DNA of 64,000 bases from Candidatus Micrarchaeota archaeon (GTDB lineage Archaea > Micrarchaeota > Micrarchaeia > Norongarragalinales > SBBD01), in NCBI GenBank assembly GCA_018819225.1, contig JAHJQN010000003.1:32001-96000 (forward strand), read 5' to 3'. The stretch's first letter is position 1. Each line of letters opens with the position of its first letter. Under the pieces are notes generated by a model, which saw only the letters and a program-made list of their open reading frames with translations, was not told the DNA's origin and did not search any database. Position numbers and translations under genes: made by a program. Positions 9,739 to 19,074 of this stretch are shown piece after piece.

Positions 9739-12700
9739 TTAGTCTTGGACACCCGCTACTGCCGGCGTATACGTAGAAACGAGAACAATAACCTCGAACT
9801 CGCCTTTAGAATTCTCTTCAATACCGCAGAAACGTGCTTCAACCCCTTCCATTTTGCCTTCGCCGGCACATAGCACGGACGGAGGAGCCATCGCACAATC
9901 CACAACACTTGAATAAACCTGCAATTGAGTTGAATCATCCAACACGTCCTCGCAGATCTGCGTAGAGATCTCGAAAGGAGTATCGCCTTCCTTTTCATAA
10001 ATGCGTAGAGTCAACTTTTCAAGAAGCGGTTCCGCGTAATCACTTGACGTAAACGGATGGGATAAATGATTGTATGCTGAGATGGGTGTTTTAAATATTG
10101 TGGATAGCTTTCCCGTGTCTCCCAGCTCAATGACTCGTGTCCAAGGTTCCGCTTTTTTAGCTGCAGAAAGCCTGTATGAAACCCAGTATCGGTCACCCCA
10201 AGCGGTTTCAGTCACAATAGTATTGTCTACGGGAATCACGGGGATCGGGGACGTGACGATTGCTGGAGACGGGGAAGGCGTCGGAGTCGCCTCGACAACG
10301 GGTTCGTCAAAAAATAAGGGAATGGATGGATCGCCCGTTAAATGAAACGCGTAGGGGAAAACGTATACATTGGGATTCAGATTTTTAGACGGAATATCGG
10401 GCGAGATCAATTCTCTTTTAAGCACCAACAATGCTTCCCCTAACGTTCCCGTTTTTTGTTTTTCATGAAGACCGGCAAAAATCATTCCGATTAACCCGTA
10501 ATTTTCTTCGATGACTTGAGCATTGCGTTCACTGATGAGCGCCGCTGCGCCCCGGCCTAATGTTGAAGAGATGCCAAGAAGCGAATCATCCCGGCGAGCG
10601 ATGAAAACGATGGGCCGATTTTCAAGATCAAACTTCGGAAAATCTTTGTCGGAAAACGAGCTCAGCATGAAATACGGATTCTTTGAGGTATCTTTCGCCA
10701 ATACAGCGACATCCGTCAAATGACTCGGAAAAAGGGCAATGAAGCTGCTGCCCTCCAACCGATTCACATAGGATTTTGAATCCGTACACGATCCGGTATA
10801 TGAATGAATGCAATAGGGAGGAGAAAACACGCATAATTCGGGATATGCGGAACACCCGTAATGGTCAAAATCAAAATGGTCAATATGATTGTTAAAACCC
10901 TCCACAAACGCATCCAGCCTCACATCGATATATCGCGGATCCACGATCTCCAAGTGTTCCGCCGGGCCAACCACGAGAGGCTTGCGGTTTTCCTTCAAAG
11001 GAGTCAAGGCGTCTGCGGTTTGCTGCAACATGATGGCGAGAGTCGCGGGATCCGAGGCGTCTCCGTTGCGGGGATCAAAACCCGTGATTCGTCCCACCGG
11101 AATTTTTGGAAATACGTCGTTTGGAATCATTCCATACGCATCGTCGGTTTCAAACGATAGGGAACCTCCGCTTGAAGTCTGGTATGTTTTGATGCCAAAG
11201 GGAAGAACTCGCTCATCTCCCAATAATACGACTTGAATCGGATTTACTTTTCTTCGAACGCGATTCACCACGAGCCGGTTTCGCGTGGTTTCATCGTTAA
11301 CACGCTCGAACATCGTTTTGGCGTTAGGATCAAAGGATTGCAGTGACCCCACATCGTCAATAACTGCCAATCGCGTTCTCAACGGATGCGATTCGACGTA
11401 ATTTCTTAAAGCGGCATTCAACGTGGAGTCTTCTAAATCTAATTTCTTACTTGTTAATACTAGATTATCCGCGGAACAAGAAAAGCGGGCCCGGATAGTA
11501 TTCGGTTTCTCCAATATGCCGGGCACGGAAACTTCAACGGCATCGAATACTCCGCACATTTGACACAGGGGGTCATATTCAAATGATAGCGCGAACACGT
11601 TTTCCTTATCCGTGGCTTTAAATGATTCCCCGGCCTTCAAGCATGAGGATGCGGACTCTACGACCTTGAAAAGAATATCCGGATTCTTGAGGATCCAACC
11701 CTTTTCCGATACGGGATCCAAGGATACGAGTTTGAGTTCGGCTTGCGTATTCTTGGAATTAAAAACGAACTCCGAGTTATCAAAGAAAACGCGCTGGGAA
11801 AGTCGCGGTTGCGAATGAGCATCCAAATAGGCCGTATCCAACGGAGATCGCTCCGCACCATTTTCTTCTTCGTAGGAATAGGTCCTGAGACCCGCTCGCA
11901 TATGGTACTCCCGATCCTTGAATTGGAAACCGCAGAACGACACTTCAAATATTTCATCGCGCCCCGGACCGGCACAGCGAATGTAGGAAGGTGAAGCAGA
12001 GCAATCCGCTTTTTCAGATCCTAATAGCCCGTCAGGCTCTTCAATGACTCCGGTGCATAAGACGTTTTTCCCTTCATCATAAAGAGTTAGCCCAAGTTTT
12101 GTGACGCTCACATCCATCGCAGGGGCATATTTAAGGTCGGATGGAAATATCGCGCGATCTATTGTTTGGGAATACCGCGACGTCACTTTATCAATAAATT
12201 GGGGCTTTTCGGGATTCAATGGATCTAATACTCGAACGGTATATGATAATTGGTATCGGTCACCCCACGTTTTTTCCGGGATTTCAAAGACGGGTTCTTG
12301 CTCTAATTGACGTGTTTCGCCTTCTCCGGAAACGAGTTCGATGAAAAAGGTCTTGTCGGAATACCCCCAGTACCGATCGGCATCCCCGCCCCGATCCCTA
12401 ATCGTGGAATAATCAGTATAAGTATGGGCCACGAACACGCGGTATTTTCCGGGCTGCCACGGATTCGTGGTGCGCGCACCCACCCCGGTTGCACCCAAAA
12501 CAGGGCACTCGAACTTGATCTTGAATTTCGAGTTCGCATGCTGATCATCTTGGAATTCATAGCTGCACAACCGACTGCCGTAACGTTCATCAATGGGCAC
12601 TAACGTAACCGTGAGCTTCTCTCCTTTACGCGCGTTCTGCATCTTGACCATAAAGTAAATGCTATCTTCCCCGATCGTAAACTGAGCGGCTTTCTCGTCG

Positions 12701-12957
12701 CGGTAGGAATATCCATCAGGGTTCTCTTCCGTTGCCACAAAAATATCAAACAACGCGGGTTCGCGGGATGGAAGAGATTCTCCGGGAGGAGTCAGTTGAA
12801 CGCTGGAAGTGGGAAGAATGGTCCAGCAAAACAAGGAAGTACTGCAGGCCAGCTCAAGTTCTGAAAATCCAAGTGATTGAGCGTGAGCAGAGAACGGTAG
12901 CAATAGAACAAGAAACACGATGAGTAGAATGAACCGGTTGGGCCAGCGCATGAACAT
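9739..12957 (-). CDS. Large secreted protein with a peptidase C25 (gingipain)-like domain, probably inactive (copy A)
   Basis: Signal peptide; C25 hallmarks VVLLGDERVLP, TDDAYG, PKIPVGRI, TLGEAL..LK and FHLTGDPSI. Paralog of 13482-16544. Confidence 0.7.
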   Translation of the reverse strand: MFMRWPNRFILLIVFLVLLLPFSAHAQSLGFSELELACSTSLFCWTILPTSSVQLTPPGESLPSREPALFDIFVATEENPDGYSYRDEKAAQFTIGEDSIYFMVKMQNARKGEKLTVTLVPIDERYGSRLCSYEFQDDQHANSKFKIKFECPVLGATGVGARTTNPWQPGKYRVFVAHTYTDYSTIRDRGGDADRYWGYSDKTFFIELVSGEGETRQLEQEPVFEIPEKTWGDRYQLSYTVRVLDPLNPEKPQFIDKVTSRYSQTIDRAIFPSDLKYAPAMDVSVTKLGLTLYDEGKNVLCTGVIEEPDGLLGSEKADCSASPSYIRCAGPGRDEIFEVSFCGFQFKDREYHMRAGLRTYSYEEENGAERSPLDTAYLDAHSQPRLSQRVFFDNSEFVFNSKNTQAELKLVSLDPVSEKGWILKNPDILFKVVESASSCLKAGESFKATDKENVFALSFEYDPLCQMCGVFDAVEVSVPGILEKPNTIRARFSCSADNLVLTSKKLDLEDSTLNAALRNYVESHPLRTRLAVIDDVGSLQSFDPNAKTMFERVNDETTRNRLVVNRVRRKVNPIQVVLLGDERVLPFGIKTYQTSSGGSLSFETDDAYGMIPNDVFPKIPVGRITGFDPRNGDASDPATLAIMLQQTADALTPLKENRKPLVVGPAEHLEIVDPRYIDVRLDAFVEGFNNHIDHFDFDHYGCSAYPELCVFSPPYCIHSYTGSCTDSKSYVNRLEGSSFIALFPSHLTDVAVLAKDTSKNPYFMLSSFSDKDFPKFDLENRPIVFIARRDDSLLGISSTLGRGAAALISERNAQVIEENYGLIGMIFAGLHEKQKTGTLGEALLVLKRELISPDIPSKNLNPNVYVFPYAFHLTGDPSIPLFFDEPVVEATPTPSPSPAIVTSPIPVIPVDNTIVTETAWGDRYWVSYRLSAAKKAEPWTRVIELGDTGKLSTIFKTPISAYNHLSHPFTSSDYAEPLLEKLTLRIYEKEGDTPFEISTQICEDVLDDSTQLQVYSSVVDCAMAPPSVLCAGEGKMEGVEARFCGIEENSKGEFEVIVLVSTYTPAVAGVQD

Positions 12958-13056
12958 GTCCTCGTTCTCTATGATTGAAAAAATATGGAACCAGAGTTAT
13001 TAAATGCTTTTGGAGCTATTGCTCGACCCAAAAAAAAAGAACGTGAAAAAGTTTCT

Positions 13057-13464
13057 CTATTCGGAGGGATAGCAGACGCCGTTGTCCCCGCTGCAATATT
13101 CTTCTCCCGTGCACCCGCAATCCTGGGGGCACGTGTCACAACGCTCGCTGGATTGACAAGTAAAGTCCCCGCAAGACTCCTCCTCAAACGACTCGAAATC
13201 AAGGGGCATGGGCGCACCGTCCACGACATTATCCGCATAATGTTCGTTATCCAGCAAGGTGAGGGAACCGGTTATCGATTCCGTTGGAATGGGAGTCGCA
13301 ACAATAGCGGGTTGGGTAGGGATGGCAGTAGGTTGAACAGGCCCGGGGCCAATCGGTACCGGCGAAGGTTGGTTGAAACCGAAGTACCAGACAGAGGCGA
13401 GAATGATCACCACGCCGACTGCAATCCATGTTCCCGAAGCCATTCCTTTTTCCTTGTTTTCCAT
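13057..13464 (-). CDS. Small membrane-anchored Cys-rich protein (copy B)
   Basis: KEKG followed by a hydrophobic helix, a PT-rich linker and CGDFTCQSSERCDTCPQDCGCTGEEYCSGDNGVCY. SD GGAGGTGA upstream. Confidence 0.82.
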   Translation of the reverse strand: MENKEKGMASGTWIAVGVVIILASVWYFGFNQPSPVPIGPGPVQPTAIPTQPAIVATPIPTESITGSLTLLDNEHYADNVVDGAPMPLDFESFEEESCGDFTCQSSERCDTCPQDCGCTGEEYCSGDNGVCYPSE

Positions 13465-13481
13465 TTAATCATTCACCTCCT

Positions 13482-16400
13482 CTAATTCGCGTTCCCAGCC
13501 GGTTGGACCGTCAACTTCCCGTACTCGGTATCGCCAGTTGTCGCGCCAGGTGCTATCGGAATATCGGCGCATGTGATAGTGTAGGTGCCAGTTGAATCCG
13601 GAGCGTTGAAATGGAATTTTTCGCCATTTATCAACTGCTCTGCTTGATTCTTGAGGACTTGGTTTGCGATTATGAGTCCCGAAGTACAACGCGTAGAACC
13701 CGCCGGGATTTGAATGGTTAATTCGACTTCTTCACCGGGTTTGGCACTGATCGAATTGATATTACTTTGCGTGTTCAACGTCGCCTTCTTTGCTACGGGG
13801 GCAGGCGTAGGCTTAATGTTCTCGGGATTGGGAATCAGGGAAATCGCGGGGTCTCCGGACAAGCTAAGCATGTACGGATTCTTTGAATTCTTTCCGTAGA
13901 TCTCGAGGAGTGCTTCTTTCGCTTTCTTCAAAGCGGTTCCCAAAGGATATGAGACGTATGGGCTAAATATCTTCTTGGGGGAAAGACTTTCTCCCAGGGA
14001 AGCGTACGCTTTGGGCTCGTACGAGGTGTCGCGCACGCTTACCAAAGCACCTGCTCCTTTTCCGATGGTGAACGGCAATGACTTCCAGTCCTCCTGCCCT
14101 CCAACGAACACGATCGCGTCAGAGGAAAGGGTGTACGGCGGAAAGTCGAACTTGCCCGTGGGCGTTTTGTCGTAAAGTAAATCGTATTGCGTGCCCGCCT
14201 GATCCTTTACGGAAACTTCCTTGTCTAAAACGTGGTTTGAAATCAAGGAAAGCATTTTGGCATCCTTAATTTTCTGAATGTATCCATCGTTTGAAAGATC
14301 GCATCCGATGGCGGCTTCACCCAATCCGTATAGGCAGAATGGAGGTGCCATCAGGCATTCCTTCGCGTGGTCCTTGCACGCTTTTCCATCCAAGAAATAA
14401 TTCTCGGAAAATTGCCTCAACTTGTTGACTTCGTCGGGATAGGGATTCCAGCCATCCTTTTCATCTGCCGGACCCACGATAAAGTTCTCCCGATAGTTTG
14501 TAAGGGGCTTGAGCGCCTCCATGGTCTGCTGCATCGCCTTCTTCAACGAAGTCGTATCCGTTGCGTCGTCGCCTTCAAAACCCTGGATGCGGCCCACAGG
14601 AACCGCCAATTGTTTCGAGCCGAACAACATGCCGTAAGCGTCGTCGGAGTTTACCTTCGAATTATCGGAGACCTGCACTTCTCCGAGGGGAAGCACGCTC
14701 TCGTCTCCCAGTATCACTACCTGCTGGGCCTTGGTGCCTAACCGCACCTTGTCCATGGCTTGCATGTATTCTTCCGAGGTAGGATCTTCTGGTAACAGTA
14801 CGGAAGTCAGACCGAAATTGGAATAGAAATCGGGATCCGTGAGAATCACGAAACGCGTGACGTACGGATGTTCTGTCACGTATTTTTTCAACTCGTCATT
14901 CACGGAGGATAGTTTCAACTTGTTTGAAGTCACCACGAGGTTTTCCGCTTGGCACGGGATTTTTGCCGGAACTTGCACGGGCTTGCTCATCATGCCAGGC
15001 ACATTCACTTCAATGGCCTTGAAACCCCCGTCTTTGCAGAACCCGCAGAGCGGATCGTACGTAACCTTTAATGAATAGACGTTGCCGGACTTGGACGCTT
15101 TTTCAAAGCGGTCGGCAACGGTCAGGCAAGCACTTGCCTCGGGAAGCACCTTGAAAAAGATTTGCGGGGTTTTCTTGCCATTCCACCAATCCGCTTTGTC
15201 TATGGTGGCAGCTTTCTCGGCGATCTTATCGCGGGATATGACTTTCAGTTCTCCCTTCAAATTCTTTGAGTCAAATACGAGATCGTCGTAATTAACTTTT
15301 ATTGAAACTGCGGGCAAGGCTTCTTTTCTTCCGTTTGCATATGCTTCGTCGATGCCGGGTCGGTCCATTGGTTTACCGTCATTCGTAAGACCCGCAGCAA
15401 ATGTAAACTCGGCAAGCGTAGCAAGCATGCCGTAAATCCCAGAATCCGCTTTCTCCGGAACTAAGGTGCAATAATCGAGGGATACTACGTTATTACTATT
15501 TGGGGCAGCGCAGTCAAGGCCGGTAGGCGAATCGTGGGGAGCACACGACTTTGCTTGGGAAATAGGAATACCGAATTTGTCCATCAGACCCAATAAACCA
15601 TTTTCATCTTCAACGAAGGACGTACAAAGCGCCTTACCTTGTTCATCAAATATGCTGAGGCCGAGTTTGACGAGCCGAACGTCTAAGCTAGGATCGTATT
15701 CGGTGTTTGTGGGGAAAAAGGAAGGCCACGAACTGGGAATTTCCGTGAATTCTTTGGTGTAGCTCTCGGTCTTCTCTTCGAGCTTATCGAAATCGCGGAC
15801 GAGAATGGAATAGGAGACTTGATATTTAGCGCCCCATGAACTCGGGTCTAAAACATTACCGGTATTCGTTGTGTTTGAAGGAGGGGCAACGGGAGTCGGC
15901 GTTGGTTTAGCGGGTTGGTCTCCGGTGAGCACGATTTTGTAGGCGAGGTTGGTGCGGCCCCAGTAACGGGCAGGGAAGCCGCGCGTAATGGTCTTATAAT
16001 TCTCATCTTCGATGGCTACGTAAACGCGGTATTCGCCGGGCTCGTGCGGAAATGTTTTTCTTTTTTTGGGTCCAAGTACGGGACAGCGGAATTTTACAAC
16101 CGTAACGAAGGGATTATCGGACTGGAATTGGTAGCTGCACAACCGGTGACCGTACCGTTCGTTGACGGGAACCAAATAAACGGACAAGCGCTCGTTCTTT
16201 TTCGTCGCTTGCGTTTTAATCTTGAAGAAAATGGGTTTGGATTCGTCTCCAATCTCAAACGTGGCGCCTTTCTCGTCAAGGTAGTTGGAATCGTCATCCA
16301 CGAAAATATCGAAAAGCGTAGGTTTGGCTTCGGGGAGAACGGGATCGCCACGGTCTACTTTCGGTAAACACGCCGATCCCATCGAAAGACAATCGGTCCA

Positions 16401-16544
16401 GTAGATGGCAGAAGAAAGGGACGGTTCAGAAGGCTTAAGCTGGTCTGGATTAATGAAGTTGGTAGTAACGGCATTCACGTTCGGAGAAATAGAGACCAGA
16501 AGTATCAGGAAAAAAGCAGCGCAACCTATCCAGAACGGTTTCAT
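13482..16544 (-). CDS. Large secreted protein with a peptidase C25-like domain, probably inactive (copy B)
   Basis: Signal peptide; VVILGDESVLP, SDDAYG, VPVGRI, PLGTALKKAK and LSLSGDPAI; beta-rich C-terminal domain. Confidence 0.7.
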   Translation of the reverse strand: MKPFWIGCAAFFLILLVSISPNVNAVTTNFINPDQLKPSEPSLSSAIYWTDCLSMGSACLPKVDRGDPVLPEAKPTLFDIFVDDDSNYLDEKGATFEIGDESKPIFFKIKTQATKKNERLSVYLVPVNERYGHRLCSYQFQSDNPFVTVVKFRCPVLGPKKRKTFPHEPGEYRVYVAIEDENYKTITRGFPARYWGRTNLAYKIVLTGDQPAKPTPTPVAPPSNTTNTGNVLDPSSWGAKYQVSYSILVRDFDKLEEKTESYTKEFTEIPSSWPSFFPTNTEYDPSLDVRLVKLGLSIFDEQGKALCTSFVEDENGLLGLMDKFGIPISQAKSCAPHDSPTGLDCAAPNSNNVVSLDYCTLVPEKADSGIYGMLATLAEFTFAAGLTNDGKPMDRPGIDEAYANGRKEALPAVSIKVNYDDLVFDSKNLKGELKVISRDKIAEKAATIDKADWWNGKKTPQIFFKVLPEASACLTVADRFEKASKSGNVYSLKVTYDPLCGFCKDGGFKAIEVNVPGMMSKPVQVPAKIPCQAENLVVTSNKLKLSSVNDELKKYVTEHPYVTRFVILTDPDFYSNFGLTSVLLPEDPTSEEYMQAMDKVRLGTKAQQVVILGDESVLPLGEVQVSDNSKVNSDDAYGMLFGSKQLAVPVGRIQGFEGDDATDTTSLKKAMQQTMEALKPLTNYRENFIVGPADEKDGWNPYPDEVNKLRQFSENYFLDGKACKDHAKECLMAPPFCLYGLGEAAIGCDLSNDGYIQKIKDAKMLSLISNHVLDKEVSVKDQAGTQYDLLYDKTPTGKFDFPPYTLSSDAIVFVGGQEDWKSLPFTIGKGAGALVSVRDTSYEPKAYASLGESLSPKKIFSPYVSYPLGTALKKAKEALLEIYGKNSKNPYMLSLSGDPAISLIPNPENIKPTPAPVAKKATLNTQSNINSISAKPGEEVELTIQIPAGSTRCTSGLIIANQVLKNQAEQLINGEKFHFNAPDSTGTYTITCADIPIAPGATTGDTEYGKLTVQPAGNAN

Positions 16545-16634
16545 GTTTCAACCACCATCGAAGGTATTAATATGGTAACCAACTATAAAACATCTTTTAA
16601 AAAGGTTGCGCAGAGGAAAAAAAGAGAAAAAATC

Positions 16635-17111
16635 ATGGGAACGTATTTTTCAACGTCGAGAAGACCGTCACAGCTCACGCGCCGAATCGTGCGCAAGCTC
16701 GCGTACCTGCTGCAAGGCAAGTATGAAAATCGAGGCAAGCGAAGCGGGGAAGAGCTTGCGGAGAGAGCGCAGCACTTTGGTTTCTCACGCGTATGCTTTC
16801 TTTATGAAAAGAACGGAAACCCCAGCGAAATGCAGTTCTTTGACGTGGAAAAAGGATGGCTGGAAGAAAAAGTGCGCGTGCTGGGAGTGAGAGAATTTGA
16901 GCGGAACAAGAGAGCACCGAAAGAATTGCTGTTGAAAGCTCATGATGCGGCAGGAAAGAAAATGAAAGAGCTGTTCATGCTGGAGGATAGCGAAGTGGAC
17001 GGGCTGGAGGAAGAGGAAGCCGTGGTAGTGGAAATGAACGCGCAGCGGATCGCTTTGAAAGCCAAGGGAGAGGCGGCGCTGGAGTTGCGCGTGAAGTTGG
17101 AGAAAGCGTGA
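16635..17111 (+). CDS. Brix-domain ribosome biogenesis protein (archaeal Imp4-like)
   Basis: Motifs STSRRPSQLTRR, ENRGKRS and EKNGNP. Start moved to the ATG at 16635. Confidence 0.75.
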   Translation: MGTYFSTSRRPSQLTRRIVRKLAYLLQGKYENRGKRSGEELAERAQHFGFSRVCFLYEKNGNPSEMQFFDVEKGWLEEKVRVLGVREFERNKRAPKELLLKAHDAAGKKMKELFMLEDSEVDGLEEEEAVVVEMNAQRIALKAKGEAALELRVKLEKA

Positions 17112-17159
17112 GGAAGTACTCGAAAGCTTTTTTATTGCTCGTGAATTAAGCGGTAGTGA

Positions 17160-17414
17160 TTGCCTATGCCTTTGAACCCCGAAGTCAAGAAAGCGTTTGA
17201 TAAAGTCCACGCGAAACTCGAGCTATTGAACAAAGGGCAAGAGGAGAGCAAAGAAAAACTGTTTGACCTCGCGGAATTCGACGAGAAAGTGGAAAAGGTC
17301 GTGGAAGAGAAGGTGCTGGAGATCAAGGGAGTCGCGTACATGATTCTCATCATCGTAGCGATTCTATTAGCGATTGTTTTGGGCGCGTTGCTGCGCCTCT
17401 ACTTCGGAGAGTGA
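17160..17414 (+). CDS. Small tail-anchored coiled-coil membrane protein
   Basis: Charged helical N-terminus and a single C-terminal TM; fills the gap between the Brix gene and tpiA. Confidence 0.65.
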   Translation: MPMPLNPEVKKAFDKVHAKLELLNKGQEESKEKLFDLAEFDEKVEKVVEEKVLEIKGVAYMILIIVAILLAIVLGALLRLYFGE

Positions 17415-17424
17415 AAAAAATAGG

Positions 17425-18105
17425 ATGAAAACACCGGTTATTGCATTGAATCTTAAAACGTACAAGGAAGCCGCGGGGTATAAAGCGGAAAAATTGGCGG
17501 TCATGGCTAAAGAGCTCGCGAATCGAAGCGATAAACATGTGATCGTTTGCCCCCAGAATCCGGAGCTCGCGTATCTGGCACGCAAATATGCGTCGGAGAA
17601 AAACTTCTCCGTTTATGGACAGCACGTGGACGCGGAAAAACAAGGCGCGTTCACGGGAAGCATCGTTCCCGAAACGTTGCGGGATGCCGGCGCGAAAGGA
17701 AGTTTGCTGAACCACGCGGAAAAGAAAGTGGGTTTGGAAACCGTTGAAAAAACCATTGCGCGGGCTAAAGAAGCGGGAATCGAATTGATTGTTTGCGCGG
17801 ATTCCGTTCAAGAAGCCATAGCGATCGCAAAATTTCGCCCGCCGTGCATCGCCGTAGAACCACCGGAATTGATTGGAAAAGGCGTTTCCATAAGTACGGC
17901 TAAACCGGACGCGATATTAAAATGCGTGAAAGAGATTAAGACAATTGACCCGGCCATCGTCGTGCTCGTGGGTGCAGGCGTTTCAACGGCCGAGGATGTA
18001 CGGAAGTCGAGGGAGCTTGGAGCGGAAGGCGTTCTGCTCGCGAGCGCATTCGCAAAGAACAAGAGTCCGCGAACCCTTTTGGAGCAGATGCTGCAGCAGC
18101 TTTAA
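17425..18105 (+). CDS. tpiA: Triosephosphate isomerase (archaeal type)
   Basis: Motifs LNLKTY, QHVD, GAFTG, LLNHAE, AVEPPELIG, GAGV and GVLLAS. Confidence 0.95.
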   Translation: MKTPVIALNLKTYKEAAGYKAEKLAVMAKELANRSDKHVIVCPQNPELAYLARKYASEKNFSVYGQHVDAEKQGAFTGSIVPETLRDAGAKGSLLNHAEKKVGLETVEKTIARAKEAGIELIVCADSVQEAIAIAKFRPPCIAVEPPELIGKGVSISTAKPDAILKCVKEIKTIDPAIVVLVGAGVSTAEDVRKSRELGAEGVLLASAFAKNKSPRTLLEQMLQQL

Positions 18106-18129
18106 CGAATCCGCCGGCTAACAATAGAA

Positions 18130-19074
18130 TTAGGAACACGTGACGGATACCCCGTACGTGAGCGCGCTGGGAACATCGAGCTTGAACCAGCCGTACGTCG
18201 CGTTGTTGACGGTGCAGCCATCGATGTCCGTGGAGGCAAAGTAAAGGTAATCCACGACGGTCTGATTGGTTTTCACAGGTATTCCCACGCCCGACAGTTG
18301 CATGAGATCCACGAAACTCTCCATACCCTCGTTTCCGCTCACGTTGTACTTCGCTGAAAGATTTAATTGGCCTTCCATGCGGTCTAAAAAGCTCGCGCCC
18401 GCGCTGGAATTCCCGTAGAGCCGCAAAACCGACGCGTTGTTCACGTCGAAAATTCCGTATATGGAGCCATTGGACCGGTTGACCACGCGTTTGACGAACC
18501 CGTTCGTGTAAAGAGGGTAGAGCGGATCCTCAAATCCTTCCACGGAAACCAAAGCGTATTCCCGGTAGACGCGATCCACCTGTATTTGCGTCAGCGAATC
18601 CAACGATTTGACGGACATGGTCATGGAGAAATTGAGCGTAAACGAGTCGGCCGGAACCACGGTGAGATCTAGAATTTCAATCTCGGTTTGAAGACCGAAT
18701 CGAGAGCCCAATAATTCCATTTCATTCGCCCAATCCATCAACCCACTCCCATTCATGAACGAAGAGTTTTGGCCGTAGAGAGTGGAGTTAAGCATGAGTT
18801 CCGTCAATCGCAATTGCGCATCATCCAATGCCGTACCGTTGGCATCGATTTCGTTCAGCGCCGCAACAAAAGCGAGTTTGGAAGTGATATCGAGGATGCG
18901 GGGAACATCTAAGGATATGGATTCCATGTAATTCGCGAGTTCGGCGCCCCGGACTTTCAGAACCGTGTGTTCGTCTTGCGTTCGAACGGATTCCAAATAG
19001 ACGAGGACGTAAAACAATAGGGGGGCCAGAATAACGATGACCATGATCGAGAAGAAAATGCCGCGGAATTTCAC
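18130..19074 (-). CDS. Class III signal peptide protein (minor pilin / pilus-associated)
   Basis: GTG start overlapping the upstream stop (GTGA); KFRG|IFFS plus hydrophobic helix; EDPLY, SFLDRMEG and GMESFV blocks; many N-x-S/T sequons. Confidence 0.7.
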   Translation of the reverse strand: MKFRGIFFSIMVIVILAPLLFYVLVYLESVRTQDEHTVLKVRGAELANYMESISLDVPRILDITSKLAFVAALNEIDANGTALDDAQLRLTELMLNSTLYGQNSSFMNGSGLMDWANEMELLGSRFGLQTEIEILDLTVVPADSFTLNFSMTMSVKSLDSLTQIQVDRVYREYALVSVEGFEDPLYPLYTNGFVKRVVNRSNGSIYGIFDVNNASVLRLYGNSSAGASFLDRMEGQLNLSAKYNVSGNEGMESFVDLMQLSGVGIPVKTNQTVVDYLYFASTDIDGCTVNNATYGWFKLDVPSALTYGVSVTCS

